NCBI GenBank assembly: GCA_963744145.1
Contig: CAVUSO010000001.1
Location: 2,784,001-2,848,000, forward strand
Length of the DNA: 64,000 nucleotides
Direction of reading: 5' to 3'
From: an uncultured cyanobacterium
GTDB lineage: Bacteria; Cyanobacteriota; Cyanobacteriia; Cyanobacteriales; CAWUOF01
Both the position numbers and the translations under genes were made by a program. A model generated the notes under the pieces. That model was not told where the DNA came from and did no database searches. It saw only the letters and a program-made list of their open reading frames with translations. Positions 1 to 10,610 of this stretch are shown here, in pieces (the stretch's first letter is position 1; each line of letters starts with the position of its first letter).

Positions 1-1664
1 GATGATCCACTAGGTAAGGGGGGTAGGTTAAATTCCTGCTGGAAAGCTAAAAATGGGGATTCAGCCGAAGATGTGACCGTAGTGACTAATGTCCCAGGAA
101 TACTGTGGCTAATTTTGATTGACTCAGTAGCATTAATAGTAACACTTCCAGCATTACCACTCGCCAAGGTAGTAGCATTAATATCACCTCCATCTTGGAC
201 GATTAACTGGTCGGTATTAATGCTCAAGTTACCTGCATTACCACTACTCAAAGTGGTACTAGCGATCGCACTAGGTTCAAGTAAGATCGGTTCAATCCCA
301 CTGACTTGGATCTGTGCAGCATTCACCGTAATATCTCCAGCGTCACCTGTTCCTAAGGTTGATGATGAGACCGATCCTCCACCCAAAATTTGCAACTGAT
401 TGGTAGAAATAGTGATATTACCCGCATGACCAGGACCAAAGGTGGGAGTACCCAGAAAACTAAAAAATGCTGGATTGAGTGGAGAAACTCCGCTCACTAC
501 TATAGATTCAGAAGAGTTAATATTGAGGTTACCTCCGGTCGCAGGACCGAATGTGTCAATGCTGATAAATCCCCCATCTTGAACCAATAATTTTTTGGTA
601 TTGATGTTTAAGTCACCGATAAGTCCCTCGATCGTTAAACTGCTGATCGCACTCCGAATCCGTAAATCAGGTGCAGTTCCAATCACATCTACTTCTTTGG
701 AGGTATTGATATTTAGCTGACCTGCTGGTGTTAAACCTGTATTATAAATTAAAATTTGAGAACCGTCTGTAACCGAAATCAGCCCCCCTTCGACGGTAAT
801 CGAACCACCACCATCGCTTTTGCTGTATGCTGCGGCTAGTTGTGATAGCTTAATATCTCCGAAGGATGGTACTTGGGTATAGTCGAAACTCCATCCATTG
901 GGAACTGCATTGATGGTGACATTAACTGGTAGTACACCTGAAGTTCCAGATACACTACCTAATTCTATATGTCCTGATGGTGCGGAAACGGTGCCACCTG
1001 TTAAGGATATATTACCACCAATTAATGCCAGAGTGTTTCCTGGTGCTACCTGTAATCCGGTGATTTGATCTCCTCCTTCGGTTAAACCAAACGGTGAATT
1101 GGGATGGGTAAAGGTATGACCTGTACCATTAACATTAATGTCACCAGGATTTTGTCCGAACTGCAATCCCATAGGAACGCTGATGGTTAATAGAGGATTG
1201 CTTTGAGGATTGGTAGCACTAAAAGATGTGCGATCGCTAAATATTATCCTCTCTGCGGTTGTCGCTAAAAATGAACCCCCTATATTTAATCTCGCATTCG
1301 GACCAAAAATAATTCCCTTGGGATTGAGTAGAAACAGATTAGCTGTACCATTAGTTTGTAGCAATCCATTAATATTAGAACTGGAACTGCCCGTAACACG
1401 AGTAATAATATTTTGGATATCTAAAGCATTATTAAAAAATGCTGTATTACCAGTCGGAACAGAAAAATTTGCGAAACTATGAAATAAGTTGCCACCTGCT
1501 CGACTACCACCATTAATAGTAAGCGTACTACCATTATTATTAACTAGAGAATTTATTGGCAAAGTAGCATCCGGGACAATTTGACCGATCGTTTGACCAG
1601 TTGCACAAAGAAACGAGAAAAATAAACCACCAGCTATTGAGAATAAATAATTTTGTAATTGCAT
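1..1664 (-). CDS. Filamentous haemagglutinin N-terminal (TPS secretion domain) exoprotein, 5' part; continues beyond the window start
   Basis: Manual translation from the ATG at 1664 gives MQLQNYLFSIAGGLFFSFLCATGQTIGQIVPDATLPINS...GGNLFHSFANFSVP...NIITRVTGSSSSNINGLLQTNGTANLFLLNPKGIIFGPNARLNIGGSF. This is a signal peptide plus the typical cyanobacterial haemagglutination-activity domain. It is absent from the ORF track because there is no stop in the window. Confidence 0.9.
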   Translation of the reverse strand, partial: MQLQNYLFSIAGGLFFSFLCATGQTIGQIVPDATLPINSLVNNNGSTLTINGGSRAGGNLFHSFANFSVPTGNTAFFNNALDIQNIITRVTGSSSSNINGLLQTNGTANLFLLNPKGIIFGPNARLNIGGSFLATTAERIIFSDRTSFSATNPQSNPLLTISVPMGLQFGQNPGDINVNGTGHTFTHPNSPFGLTEGGDQITGLQVAPGNTLALIGGNISLTGGTVSAPSGHIELGSVSGTSGVLPVNVTINAVPNGWSFDYTQVPSFGDIKLSQLAAAYSKSDGGGSITVEGGLISVTDGSQILIYNTGLTPAGQLNINTSKEVDVIGTAPDLRIRSAISSLTIEGLIGDLNINTKKLLVQDGGFISIDTFGPATGGNLNINSSESIVVSGVSPLNPAFFSFLGTPTFGPGHAGNITISTNQLQILGGGSVSSSTLGTGDAGDITVNAAQIQVSGIEPILLEPSAIASTTLSSGNAGNLSINTDQLIVQDGGDINATTLASGNAGSVTINATESIKISHSIPGTLVTTVTSSAESPFLAFQQEFNLPPLPSGS

Positions 1665-1884
1665 ATTCAAACATAAGTTTTTTTTTTCAAATTATAGCTC
1701 AGGCTTTCAATCCTAAGAATAGGACTTTTGGCTATAATTTTGTTCAAAATTCCAATATTTTGGAGAGTTTTTAGTGCTTTTTTCAATAGACTCAGATTTA
1801 GAATTACACCATTTTTATTTCTTGAGCTGAATTAGCGAAGAAACGAACAGACAAGATAGGTGTTGCGATCGCACAGTTTCACAA

Positions 1885-1900
1885 TAAGTATAAATACTTA
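1885..1900. promoter_or_regulatory. Palindromic motif TAAGTATAAATACTTA (candidate regulator site)
   Basis: Arms TAAGTAT/ATACTTA are perfect. The same core recurs at 12398, 14682 and 46055. Confidence 0.4.
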
Positions 1901-2087
1901 GCAAATCTGATGATCGAGAAGCTTGACAACCAGCATAAATACCCAGATAATCATAATCATGGTGATTTGTGGATCTACTTTGCGATCAATTGGTAAAATA
2001 ATAGGTGCATTTCTTGAATTCAACTTTTGAAATGTAGTTTCTGTCACTTTTTTCTTTTTCCTGTCCTTAATTACTCAGGTTAATATA

Positions 2088-2267
2088 ATGCAACTAAAAC
2101 AAGAAATTCGCTGTCCCAACTGTGGTAGTCATGCTGAACGTCACTATGTTTCTAGTCGTCAAATTACCCAAACTCAGTGTCCGATGTGTGATTATTTAAT
2201 GGTTACTTGTTCTCAGACTGGTAAAGTGGTAGAAACTTATACTACGGGTATCTATGCTCATCACTAA
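2088..2267 (+). CDS. Small cyanobacterial Zn-ribbon protein (59 aa)
   Basis: MQLKQEIRCPNCGSHAERHY...TQCPMCDYLMVTCSQTGKVVETY has two CxxC pairs and resembles a conserved small cyanobacterial family. It is below the ORF-track length cut-off. Confidence 0.75.
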   Translation: MQLKQEIRCPNCGSHAERHYVSSRQITQTQCPMCDYLMVTCSQTGKVVETYTTGIYAHH

Positions 2268-2388
2268 GTAACCGTGGTGGAAAAGTATGTAGTTGTGTTC
2301 TGACTCCCAAAATCCAACTACATACGATATATGATAATTTTAGACAAGTTGAACCTCTGATTTTTTTTTAGATCATAAGGAACAAAAT

Positions 2389-2787
2389 ATGTTATGGCCT
2401 AGTCTAGTAACTGCGATCGCTTTGTTAGTATATTTAGTGATCATCATTAATGTCGGTCAAGCTAGAAGGAAATACAAAATTTTCCCTCCTGAAACCACAG
2501 GAGATCCTAATTTTGAGCGGGTTTTAAGAGTCCAACAAAACACCCTAGAACAGCTAATATTCTTTCTCCCTACCCTATGGTTATTTTCTAATTATGTTAG
2601 TCCATTATGGGGTGCAGGTATTGGTGCAGTTTGGATTATTGGTCGGATCGTTTATGCTTGGGGATATTATCAAGCTGCTGAGAAAAGAATAGTTGGTTTT
2701 GCGATCGGTAGTTTTAGCACCATCACCTTACTATTAGGTTCTCTGATCGGAATTACTTTATTACTGATCAACGAGTATCTGAGTTAA
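2389..2787 (+). CDS. MAPEG family membrane protein (glutathione metabolism)
   Basis: Motif [14 protein letters not shown], four hydrophobic helices and GRIVYAWGY. Confidence 0.9.
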   Translation: MLWPSLVTAIALLVYLVIIINVGQARRKYKIFPPETTGDPNFERVLRVQQNTLEQLIFFLPTLWLFSNYVSPLWGAGIGAVWIIGRIVYAWGYYQAAEKRIVGFAIGSFSTITLLLGSLIGITLLLINEYLS

Positions 2788-3832
2788 CGATTCGAGTCGC
2801 TCTCAATTGTCCACAAGCAGCATCAGCTTCCAAACCACGGGAATAACGTACACTAACCGCAATATGATATTGCTGCAAAACTTGCATAAAAGCTTGAATC
2901 CGTTGGTGATGAGGACGTTGATAATCAGCTTCACCAATGGGATTATAGGGAATTAAATTGACATGACTTTGAAAACCCCGAACTAATTGGACTAATTCCT
3001 GAGCGTGTTCGGGGTAATCATTCACTTCAGCTAAGAGGATATATTCAAAGGTCAATCTTCTCCCAGTAAGTTTAACATATTCACGACATTCTGTGATTAA
3101 ATCTAATAAGTTATAAGCTCGGGCACTGGGAATTAATTGAGTTCTTAAAGTTTGGTTAGAAGCGTGTAAACTAACAGCTAGAGTAACTTGTAATTGATAT
3201 GCAGCTAACTGATGAATGCGATCGCGAATACCCACCGTCGAAATAGTTAAAGCTCGTTGACTAATCCCCACATCTTGATTTAAACATTTAACCGCAGTCA
3301 CGACATTTTCTAAATTGAGCAAGGGTTCCCCCATCCCCATAAAGACAACATGACTAACTCTTCGTTCAAATTGTTCTTGAACAGTTAAAACTTGATCAAC
3401 AATTTCATGAGTAGCTAAATTACGTTGAAAACCACCTTTCCCGGTAGCACAAAAATCACAACCCATGGGACAACCAACTTGGGTCGAGACACAAACCGTT
3501 AAGCGATCGTCCGTGGGAATTCCGACAGTTTCAATAATTTGTCCATCGGTCAATTTGAGTAAATACTTAACCGTCCCATCGGGAGCTGCGGCTTGATGGT
3601 ATAGAATTGATCTACCAATGGGGATACTTTCAACTATTGCTCTCCATGGTTTGGGAAATACGGTAATATCTCCTAGCGATCGGACACCTTTTTCATAAAT
3701 CCACTGGTGCAATTGTTTACCCCGATAGCTAGCTTGTCCCTGTTGTTGGACCCATTCCGTTAATTCTGGTAAGGTTAATCCTAATAAGGGGGTAAAAGAG
3801 GGATTTGGTTCTAGAGTAGATTTGGGTTGCAT
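2768..3832 (-). CDS. rlmN: 23S rRNA (A2503-C2)/tRNA methyltransferase RlmN
   Basis: Radical-SAM CxxxCxxC (GCPMGCDFC), VFMGMGEP and C-terminal AACGQL. Confidence 0.95.
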   Translation of the reverse strand: MQPKSTLEPNPSFTPLLGLTLPELTEWVQQQGQASYRGKQLHQWIYEKGVRSLGDITVFPKPWRAIVESIPIGRSILYHQAAAPDGTVKYLLKLTDGQIIETVGIPTDDRLTVCVSTQVGCPMGCDFCATGKGGFQRNLATHEIVDQVLTVQEQFERRVSHVVFMGMGEPLLNLENVVTAVKCLNQDVGISQRALTISTVGIRDRIHQLAAYQLQVTLAVSLHASNQTLRTQLIPSARAYNLLDLITECREYVKLTGRRLTFEYILLAEVNDYPEHAQELVQLVRGFQSHVNLIPYNPIGEADYQRPHHQRIQAFMQVLQQYHIAVSVRYSRGLEADAACGQLRATRIVNSDTR

Positions 3833-4122
3833 ATAATTGACCGACTAGAGGATCAATCATAACATCTTTTTTCGCTCTTAATCAGCCAGGGGAGTAATTA
3901 ATTACCAATCTAATCTTGAATTAGTTCAGATTTTCTCTCTTCTGAGATTAAATGATCACAACGCTTGGAAGGTTTTGAATGCGATCGCAGAAATTTTGAC
4001 AAGCTTGAATTTGGCTGATTTTTTAATAGTTCAATGGCTTGAGATCCAAGTTCTTGCAGATAGCGATCGAGTTCGTGCATAGGAGAACAGTCAAACAAAA
4101 AAGGGATTCTTAGATTATATCT

Positions 4123-4258
4123 CAATAGAGTTCAGTTAACCGTAGGGGCGAAGCATTCGGGCGACAATTTATGGTTCAAACCTGTAATATTATATCCGAA
4201 TGCTTCGCCCAGCCTTCGCCGAGATATCCAAAAAAAGATGGTAACTGAACCAAACCTG
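4123..4258. mobile_element. MITE, degenerate copy of the element at 45789-45922, with an internal REP-like hairpin
   Basis: Ends CAATAGAGTTCAGTTAA ... GTAACTGAACC and internal inverted repeat GGGCGAAGCATTCGG...CCGAATGCTTCGCCC. Orientation is opposite to the 45789 copy. Confidence 0.65.
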
Positions 4259-4284
4259 TTAATGTTATATCCGAATACTGATAC

Positions 4285-4611
4285 CTATGATCCCGTAACA
4301 TAGACAACTTGAGCAGTTCCTAAAATTTCTTGCCGACGAATCCAGTTGTGGCTTTGCTCAATCGATTTTTTGGTCAGTAAGTCAACCTCACGTCCTAGTA
4401 AAGTCTTCAGTTCACCTTTCATCCGCACCAGTTCTAAAAGTCCCCAAGGTGAATTGTCCTCAAAGCTTACCATTATATCTATGTCACTGTCCGGTCGAAA
4501 ATCATCCCGTAAAACCGAACCAAAAAAGGACATTTCGTTAATCTTCCATTTTTGGCAAAATTCGATCAGTGTCTGCTGAGGAAGCTGAATCCTCAATGGT
4601 TGCTTTAACAT
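4285..4611 (-). CDS. Minimal nucleotidyltransferase (MNT, MntA-like antitoxin); no intact HEPN partner downstream
   Basis: FFGSVLRDDFRPDSDIDIMV gives the GS..DxD motif; 108 aa. Confidence 0.88.
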   Translation of the reverse strand: MLKQPLRIQLPQQTLIEFCQKWKINEMSFFGSVLRDDFRPDSDIDIMVSFEDNSPWGLLELVRMKGELKTLLGREVDLLTKKSIEQSHNWIRRQEILGTAQVVYVTGS

Positions 4612-4694
4612 AATTTCTCCTGGTAATCACTTTAGTGCTGGGATCATCCACTAAAAAACTAGCCAATGCAGCGATCGCCGTAATCAATTATAAC

Positions 4695-5078
4695 TTAATG
4701 TTCATATATCTCAAGGGGTAAGTTATCTGGGTCTTTGAAAAAAGTAAAACGTTTACCTGTTAATTCATCAATTCTTACTGGTTCAACATTTACTCCTTTT
4801 GATTCTAAATAGGTAACAGTTTCTTCTACACTTTCTACTTCAAAAGCTAAATGTCTTAACCCACAATTTTCGGGACTATTTCTAGGAGCAGGAGATGGAA
4901 ATGAGAACAGTTCAATCATGTCATTATTTCCTACTCTTAAATCTAGTTTATATGAGTTTCTGTGTTCTCTAAAAGTCTCGTTAATTATGGAAAAACCGAG
5001 TATTTTAGTGTAAAAATCTTTAGATTTCTCATAATTAGAGCAAATAATAGCAATATGATGGATTTTTGCTGTTTTCAT
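4695..5078 (-). CDS. VOC/glyoxalase family protein (YaeR-like)
   Basis: IHHIAIICSNYEKSKDFY, GLRHLAFEV and FFKDPDNLPLEIYE. Confidence 0.9.
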   Translation of the reverse strand: MKTAKIHHIAIICSNYEKSKDFYTKILGFSIINETFREHRNSYKLDLRVGNNDMIELFSFPSPAPRNSPENCGLRHLAFEVESVEETVTYLESKGVNVEPVRIDELTGKRFTFFKDPDNLPLEIYEH

Positions 5079-5191
5079 GTTATTCTCCAGTTGTTCAAGT
5101 TAGGTAGTTACTTTAAACGCATAATTTGAGTTGTTCAAACCAAGTACAGACTATGACGTTTAAAGTATAGATTATGCCTTAATTATTGGCA

Positions 5192-5460
5192 TTATAAAAC
5201 AGAATGACTAAAATCCTGCCATTTTAACCAATCTAATGTCTGCCAACGCTCGTTGTCAATAGATATATCTTGCTGAGGAAGACAGAAATTAAGAGAATTA
5301 AAGCGTCCTTCTCCTGGACTAATGTATTCTTGTATTTTAGTTGCAATTCTTTTACTAGATCGAGGAGCAATGCTTAACTTAGTGGGATAAACAGTGACAA
5401 CATTCTGTAAACCGCAATTGTCAACAAAGTCTCCATTAGGACGAAAACCATTTCTCTTCG
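5192..5460 (-). pseudogene. Orphan 3' fragment of an unknown gene
   Basis: A stop-free frame of about 89 codons (PKRNGFRPNGDFVDNCGLQNVVTVYPTKLSI...WQDFSHSVL*) begins right at the HIP1 site at 5462, with no start codon in frame. Confidence 0.4.
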
Positions 5461-5501
5461 GCGATCGCCAATTTTATCAAGGAAATAAATAATTGCATAA
5501 A

Positions 5502-5718
5502 TCAGGACAATGATCTATTTCTATCCAAATCAATAAGGCGCTTAATGACTCGGACTACATCATATAATTCATTCTGTTGTGGGTTAACAATAGTAAATTT
5601 TTTTGATATCGCATACTGGCTTAATTGCCGATCAAGCTTGACAAATATATAATCTTCACCATTCATTATCATCCCTAAAGTAGGCATCTCCGGATGTGGA
5701 TTTGCCATCAGATAAGCT
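5502..5718 (-). pseudogene. 3' fragment of the restriction-endonuclease-like gene at 28709-29356
   Basis: Near-identical to the 3' end of 28709-29356 (AYLMANPHPEMP...IDLDRNRS); homology stops at about 5718. Confidence 0.85.
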
Positions 5719-5759
5719 GCTGCTAACAATTTCGACAATTAGTTTGATTGATTGACATA

Positions 5760-8129
5760 TTATATCATCGTGGGAATAAATTTGATAAACAGAGGACTTG
5801 TCCAAGCCTTAGCGTCATCGATCTGGCGACCTGATAGGTAAACTGGAACAAAGCCGTAGGAGTTAAACTGAGGCTCTAGGGTGAAACTACCACTCACATC
5901 GCGGGTCAGTGGATTTGCACTTAACCGCTCCACTGCGACAAACAGCTCTGTACCGTTCAAATCTTTACGCAGGATACCCTGTTCTAACAGAGTTTGACCT
6001 GTAAACTCCCAGCTAAACTCTGGACAATGAATGTAAGGATTTCTCTTGAGGGGACTACCTACCTTACTGTAGCTATTAATCTGCACGTCAAGCCGAAACT
6101 GTGCCTGGGATAGTTCAGAAAGTTCTAGTTCAATAGCATCAGAGTCCCCGTATGTATCTGAACGAAATTCTAGTTTTAGTGGTCCGGCTCGTCTGACATA
6201 CTCCTCTGGATGTGCTAACCCATAAGTCTGATATGCTTGAACTAGGGTATTGCGATATTGGAGTGAACCATGCCATTCAGCTGCGCGATAACGGTCTTTA
6301 ATGCGCGAACCTCCCCAACGCAGACGGATTTTATTAGAGGTATAACCTGTTTCTGATTGCAGATTTCGAGACCACAATACACCTTGGTCAGTATGCGCGG
6401 TAATTTCATCCCAGCCATTTGTGCCCAGGAATCTGTAGTGAATTGTAACTGCATCGGGGGCGGTAAATTCATCTCCCTGAATATGTGAATCAGACCAAAG
6501 TAGAGCAACGATGCGATCGCCTGTAGTAGCCCAAGTGTGTCGAGAACGTAAGGCATGATTAATTGCTGACTTAGTTAATGATGGCGCAATTATCCCTGTA
6601 ACTCCACCATTAACTCCAAAAACCGCAGTACCAGGAACTCCACCACCACAACGTCCGCGATGTTCGTCTCCGTTTGCTGACACACCTACTTTATACCCAC
6701 GACTGATGGCATCCTGATAGAACCAGGGAAAATGACCCCAAGCTGAACCAATTTCAATTAAGCGTTCCAGACGGGGATGGTGCCAGTCAAAAATAGCACG
6801 ACGTCCTCCTACATGGGGGATGAGTAAATGCTGCTCTGGTGCGTGAATATAGGCAGCCCAGAGACGATCTACGGGCCATGCTCCAGGGACTAATTGATTG
6901 CCCAACATACCTTCGTTCCATTCAAAGGAACGCACCTGTTTTCCCTGACGGTCGTATGGAAATAGCACCTCATCACCTAAAAAGATCACATTGCGATCGC
7001 CACCTGCTGCTGAGTTACCACACCATTCAGTACCGGGATAGCAAAGAAATTCTCCTTCCTGGGTTACCTCTCGACATAACAAGACATCCTGATGCCACTG
7101 TTTCTCGGTAATATTAAAATCATTTGCCGTATAACCAAGCACATCCAAACCAGCAACATCGCGACCATAGGCAAAGTTGTACTCTGTGCTATTAGTACCG
7201 ACCGTATTGTTGGAATGCACATGGAGGTCAGCAAAAAACGCCCGGGGATAGGTAAGATCGCTCTCTGCGGCGATCGAGATCTGCTCATTCTGCAACTCGG
7301 TTCCAATCAAAGTAGCCCGAAGTAATACTTCCTTAGCTACATCTAATGTCAGGTTGGTTTTAACCACTGCCCAACCCTGTGCTGGTAAATCCAGTTGTTG
7401 ATCTATAAAAGTATCACCTGTCAGTCTAATTTGCCCACCTAATCCCCAGCAGGTATTACCCCAAATATCTTCTGCTCGGATGCGGAGGGGGAAGGGAATT
7501 TCTGTCTTAACTAAACGAGGGCTGACGATCGCTAATTTTGCAGGGGGTCCTGGGATAATGTTAATCTTTATATCGCCAGGAATTTCTGCAAAGCGTGAGG
7601 TGCCGACCGGATCGACATAAGCTCGAAACCGAAAATCTTGCTCTACAAAAGTTTGAACTCGCGTTCCTGGTCCTCCAGCACGGCGATCGCCTAAGCGAAT
7701 GAAAATATGGTCTCCTGGTTTGAGATAACCATCAATAATATCTATAACAATTGCCTTTTGAAAGGGGCGCTCATGTCCTTTTTGGTCAAAATAAACCTGT
7801 AGGGATTGCACCGTTGCTTGACTTTCCCCTGGTAGAGTTGGACGAGCCTGATATTCAGTAGAGAGATAGTTTGCACCATCAGGAACTTCCGCTTGGAATA
7901 ATGCCCAGTCTGAGTAGAACTTGAATGTCACCTTGAGTCTGGCACCATCAGCAATACCAGAAGCACCTACCTCGTAGTCTAAAAGAATTTCCTGCCAACT
8001 TCCTGCCTCAATTTTGGTGGTTGAGCAGTGTAGGCGACCCAAAAACGGTAAATTACTGACATATTCTTCGTAACCTTGAGGATGGAAGTGTTCACCCAGT
8101 AATTGCTCTAGTGCTTCATTAGACATCAT
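5760..8129 (-). CDS. DUF3604-like putative metallohydrolase (PHP-like)
   Basis: DLHVHS, YPGTEW, LIPHVGGR, GDEHRGR and RHTWATTG, a His-rich PHP-type metal-binding pattern. GC content looks higher than in the flanks. Confidence 0.7.
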   Translation of the reverse strand: MMSNEALEQLLGEHFHPQGYEEYVSNLPFLGRLHCSTTKIEAGSWQEILLDYEVGASGIADGARLKVTFKFYSDWALFQAEVPDGANYLSTEYQARPTLPGESQATVQSLQVYFDQKGHERPFQKAIVIDIIDGYLKPGDHIFIRLGDRRAGGPGTRVQTFVEQDFRFRAYVDPVGTSRFAEIPGDIKINIIPGPPAKLAIVSPRLVKTEIPFPLRIRAEDIWGNTCWGLGGQIRLTGDTFIDQQLDLPAQGWAVVKTNLTLDVAKEVLLRATLIGTELQNEQISIAAESDLTYPRAFFADLHVHSNNTVGTNSTEYNFAYGRDVAGLDVLGYTANDFNITEKQWHQDVLLCREVTQEGEFLCYPGTEWCGNSAAGGDRNVIFLGDEVLFPYDRQGKQVRSFEWNEGMLGNQLVPGAWPVDRLWAAYIHAPEQHLLIPHVGGRRAIFDWHHPRLERLIEIGSAWGHFPWFYQDAISRGYKVGVSANGDEHRGRCGGGVPGTAVFGVNGGVTGIIAPSLTKSAINHALRSRHTWATTGDRIVALLWSDSHIQGDEFTAPDAVTIHYRFLGTNGWDEITAHTDQGVLWSRNLQSETGYTSNKIRLRWGGSRIKDRYRAAEWHGSLQYRNTLVQAYQTYGLAHPEEYVRRAGPLKLEFRSDTYGDSDAIELELSELSQAQFRLDVQINSYSKVGSPLKRNPYIHCPEFSWEFTGQTLLEQGILRKDLNGTELFVAVERLSANPLTRDVSGSFTLEPQFNSYGFVPVYLSGRQIDDAKAWTSPLFIKFIPTMI

Positions 8130-8178
8130 TCATGCTCCCTGGATTAGCTTGTTTTAATATACAAAGATCCCTCACTAT

Positions 8179-9246
8179 TTACTTAAGCAAAGCAGCATCC
8201 TCAGCTTTAACAGGTTTAGGAATCAGTTTGAGTTGAAAAAAAGTATCAGCTAGCTTTTGCTGTTCTGCCAAAACTTCAGCTTGAATTGGCTGTGCCCCAT
8301 AGCGTTTTTTTCGACTCTCTGCTAATTCCAGAGTTGCTACATCCACATTAATATGGGGAGACAAAAACTTCACAACTTCCTTCGGGTTACTGCGTGCCCA
8401 AGTTCCAACTTCCTGAACCTCTTCAATAAACTGCTTAACTAAATCAGGATTACTATTAGCAAAGCTGCGGGAAGCTAAGTAAAACTCTCGAAATTGCATT
8501 AATCCTTCACCATCTGTCAAAACACGAGCATTTGCTCCTATCTGTGCTGCTGCAAAGTAGGGGTCTGGTACTGCCATAGCATCTATACTGCCATGTTCAA
8601 AAGCACTCCGCGCATCTGGCGGCTGTAGATAGACAGGCTGAATATCCTCATACTTCAGCCCAACGGAAGCTAATGCTAGTATTGTCAGATATTGAGGACT
8701 AGAACCTTTGGCAAAGGATACTTTCTTCCCCTTCAAATCTACCAACTTCTGAATCGGTGAATCCTTTGGTACTAAAATAGCAATACTTTTTGGACCGGGT
8801 GGGGTATTGGCGATATATACTACATCAGTTCCTGCTGCCTGAGCAACTACGACTGGTGCATCCCCAGTCTGTACGATATCCAGAGCATTTGTGCCTAAAG
8901 CTTCCATTTGGGGTGGTCCGGAGGTAAACTCACTCCACTTGACTGAAGCATTTAGGGGCGCAAATCGCCTCTCCAATCCTCCCTTAAATTTGACCAAAAA
9001 CGTTATACCTGCTTTCTGATAGCCGATCCGCACAACTCGTCCTTTTGTGGTGTTGTGGTCAGCAGAGCAAGCAGAAATTATCAAACTCAGACATAACCCC
9101 AAAGAAAAAAGTAGTCTCATGGGTTTGAGGGATCTTTTAAGTGCTTTTTGTGCAACTGCTCCGAAACCTCTTGCCGTGAACCGATTTAAAAAACGAAAAA
9201 ATCCCACCCATTTAGTCATTATTGGTAATTGCTCAACAGATTTCAA
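8179..9246 (-). CDS. ssuA: Aliphatic sulfonate ABC transporter substrate-binding protein (true start may be 9120)
   Basis: VRIGYQK, WSEFTSGPPQMEAL, GDAPVVVAQAAG, DLKGKKVSFAKGSS, EQQKLADTFFQLKLIPK, and a lipobox-like ISAC. Confidence 0.85.
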   Translation of the reverse strand: MKSVEQLPIMTKWVGFFRFLNRFTARGFGAVAQKALKRSLKPMRLLFSLGLCLSLIISACSADHNTTKGRVVRIGYQKAGITFLVKFKGGLERRFAPLNASVKWSEFTSGPPQMEALGTNALDIVQTGDAPVVVAQAAGTDVVYIANTPPGPKSIAILVPKDSPIQKLVDLKGKKVSFAKGSSPQYLTILALASVGLKYEDIQPVYLQPPDARSAFEHGSIDAMAVPDPYFAAAQIGANARVLTDGEGLMQFREFYLASRSFANSNPDLVKQFIEEVQEVGTWARSNPKEVVKFLSPHINVDVATLELAESRKKRYGAQPIQAEVLAEQQKLADTFFQLKLIPKPVKAEDAALLK

Positions 9247-9406
9247 GCTATAATAATAGCAGGTTTGGATTTGTAGCGATCGCTTATAGATGTAGTTAAG
9301 ATGAGATCACTCTTGGCGCACCTACATACCGTTTGACAATTATTTAATTTCTATTCCTTAGCGATCGCGACGCCAAAGTTCTGTTTGTGATATTAGTTTT
9401 TTTCTG

Positions 9407-9949
9407 TTAAAATTGATGGTCGAAAGAAAAGTTGTGCGGATTTTTCAGAATAAAATTACTCCCTTCTTTGATTAAATCGCCTGTGCAGAAAATGGGTAAA
9501 CGTTCTTGATAAGCTTTGATGGCGAGAATATAATCTTGATCGGCAAGTTCAGTTTTAATTTTCCGCAGTTGATCAGCGACCAGACCAAGGAGAGTAATCT
9601 CTCCGCTTAGTTTGTCAGTGTTGGGGGTATGAATTTGCATGACAATTCCTTGTATAGTCGTGTTGGGAATAGGGGTCAAGATTTCACTTAAAATTTCAAA
9701 TTGAGAGCGATTTTCTACGTCTTCTAGAATTTGGATTACCTCACGGATGCGATCGACATAATCTCCGAGATTTTGGTATTTGGGCAGCAATATTTCAAAA
9801 TCTTCTCCTTCGGCTGCTGGCTGATGCCAAAGTGTAGCATTGTCTAAGAAAGGTTTATCTTCATTCCAGCCATGAATTTGTAAGTAATTTCTAAGTCGAT
9901 TTAGGTCTATTGTTTCGAGAGTTTGGCTATCTTTTATGGTAACTTTCAT
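9407..9949 (-). CDS. Hypothetical protein of the type usually found downstream of DUF4365 genes
   Basis: 180-aa ORF translationally coupled to the DUF4365 remnant (ATGA overlap at about 9946-9949). Confidence 0.65.
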   Translation of the reverse strand: MKVTIKDSQTLETIDLNRLRNYLQIHGWNEDKPFLDNATLWHQPAAEGEDFEILLPKYQNLGDYVDRIREVIQILEDVENRSQFEILSEILTPIPNTTIQGIVMQIHTPNTDKLSGEITLLGLVADQLRKIKTELADQDYILAIKAYQERLPIFCTGDLIKEGSNFILKNPHNFSFDHQF

Positions 9950-10165
9950 GGTTGCATTCCTTGGCTAACTCCCTCCATAATTGACTGAAGGGTAGGGACT
10001 GTAAATTGGTTGGTTCTGGGGATGGTAATAGTTCCCACCTTTAGCGGCTCCCCAATCTATGCTGTCATCATCTACAGAGGGTTTGTAAAGGGAATAGCCT
10101 GCTACCGTGGTGACAGCTTGCAGATAGGTGTTGCTGAATTGTTCTTTTTGTTGGTTAATGTCCAT
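9946..10165 (-). pseudogene. DUF4365-family (PD-(D/E)XK-like) gene with a large internal deletion and frameshift
   Basis: The N-terminus MDINQQKEQFSNTYLQAVTTVAGY...DDDSIDW is joined out of frame to the C-terminus TITIPRTNQFTVPTLQSIMGGVSQGMQP*. Confidence 0.7.
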
Positions 10166-10523
10166 TAACGAATCCTCTCTCTATTTACTATTTAGTAGAG
10201 GAAACATAAATTTAGTCTTCTATAATACTATATTATCAGCCAGATTGCTAATTTTTGCAAACGCCGCAGATCAAGTAGTTACCTTTTCTGCAAATTTATA
10301 ACAAACTGCAACTTCTTCGATCAAATATTCATTTGAGTCATACCTAAGCAAGATTATATCCCAAACGCCCCCACCTGATCTATTTCCCATTCCCTTAAGT
10401 TACGTTGCCCAATTCATCCCTTAGCTCCTCATCTCTCGTTAAAATTGTGAGTAGTTATAAAAATAAAGTTCGTAGTAGGGTCTTTAGACCCTCTTTTCCA
10501 CAGGTTTGTTTGAGCATCGGTTG

Positions 10524-10610
10524 ACCTCTCCCCCAACCCCTCTCCTAAGAGGAAAGGGGAGCAAAATTACTCCCCATTCCCTCGCAGGGAAGGGGGTTGG
10601 GGGGTTAGGT
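10524..10610. repeat. GC-rich nested inverted repeat (cyanobacterial dispersed hairpin repeat)
   Basis: ACCTCTCCCCCAACCCC...GGGGTTGGGGGTTAGGT outer arms, with inner hairpins CCCCTCTCCT-AAG-AGGAAAGGGG and TTCCCT-CGC-AGGGAA. Confidence 0.75.

Noticed and set aside
73..1482. Plus-strand ORFs 73-399, 390-590 and 1210-1482
   Set aside because: Antisense shadows of the haemagglutinin-type gene.
3910..4125. 71-aa ORF with MHELDRYLQELGSQA resembling the start of a sigma-like protein
   Set aside because: The similarity is too short to support and the ORF begins at a MITE edge; at most a remnant.
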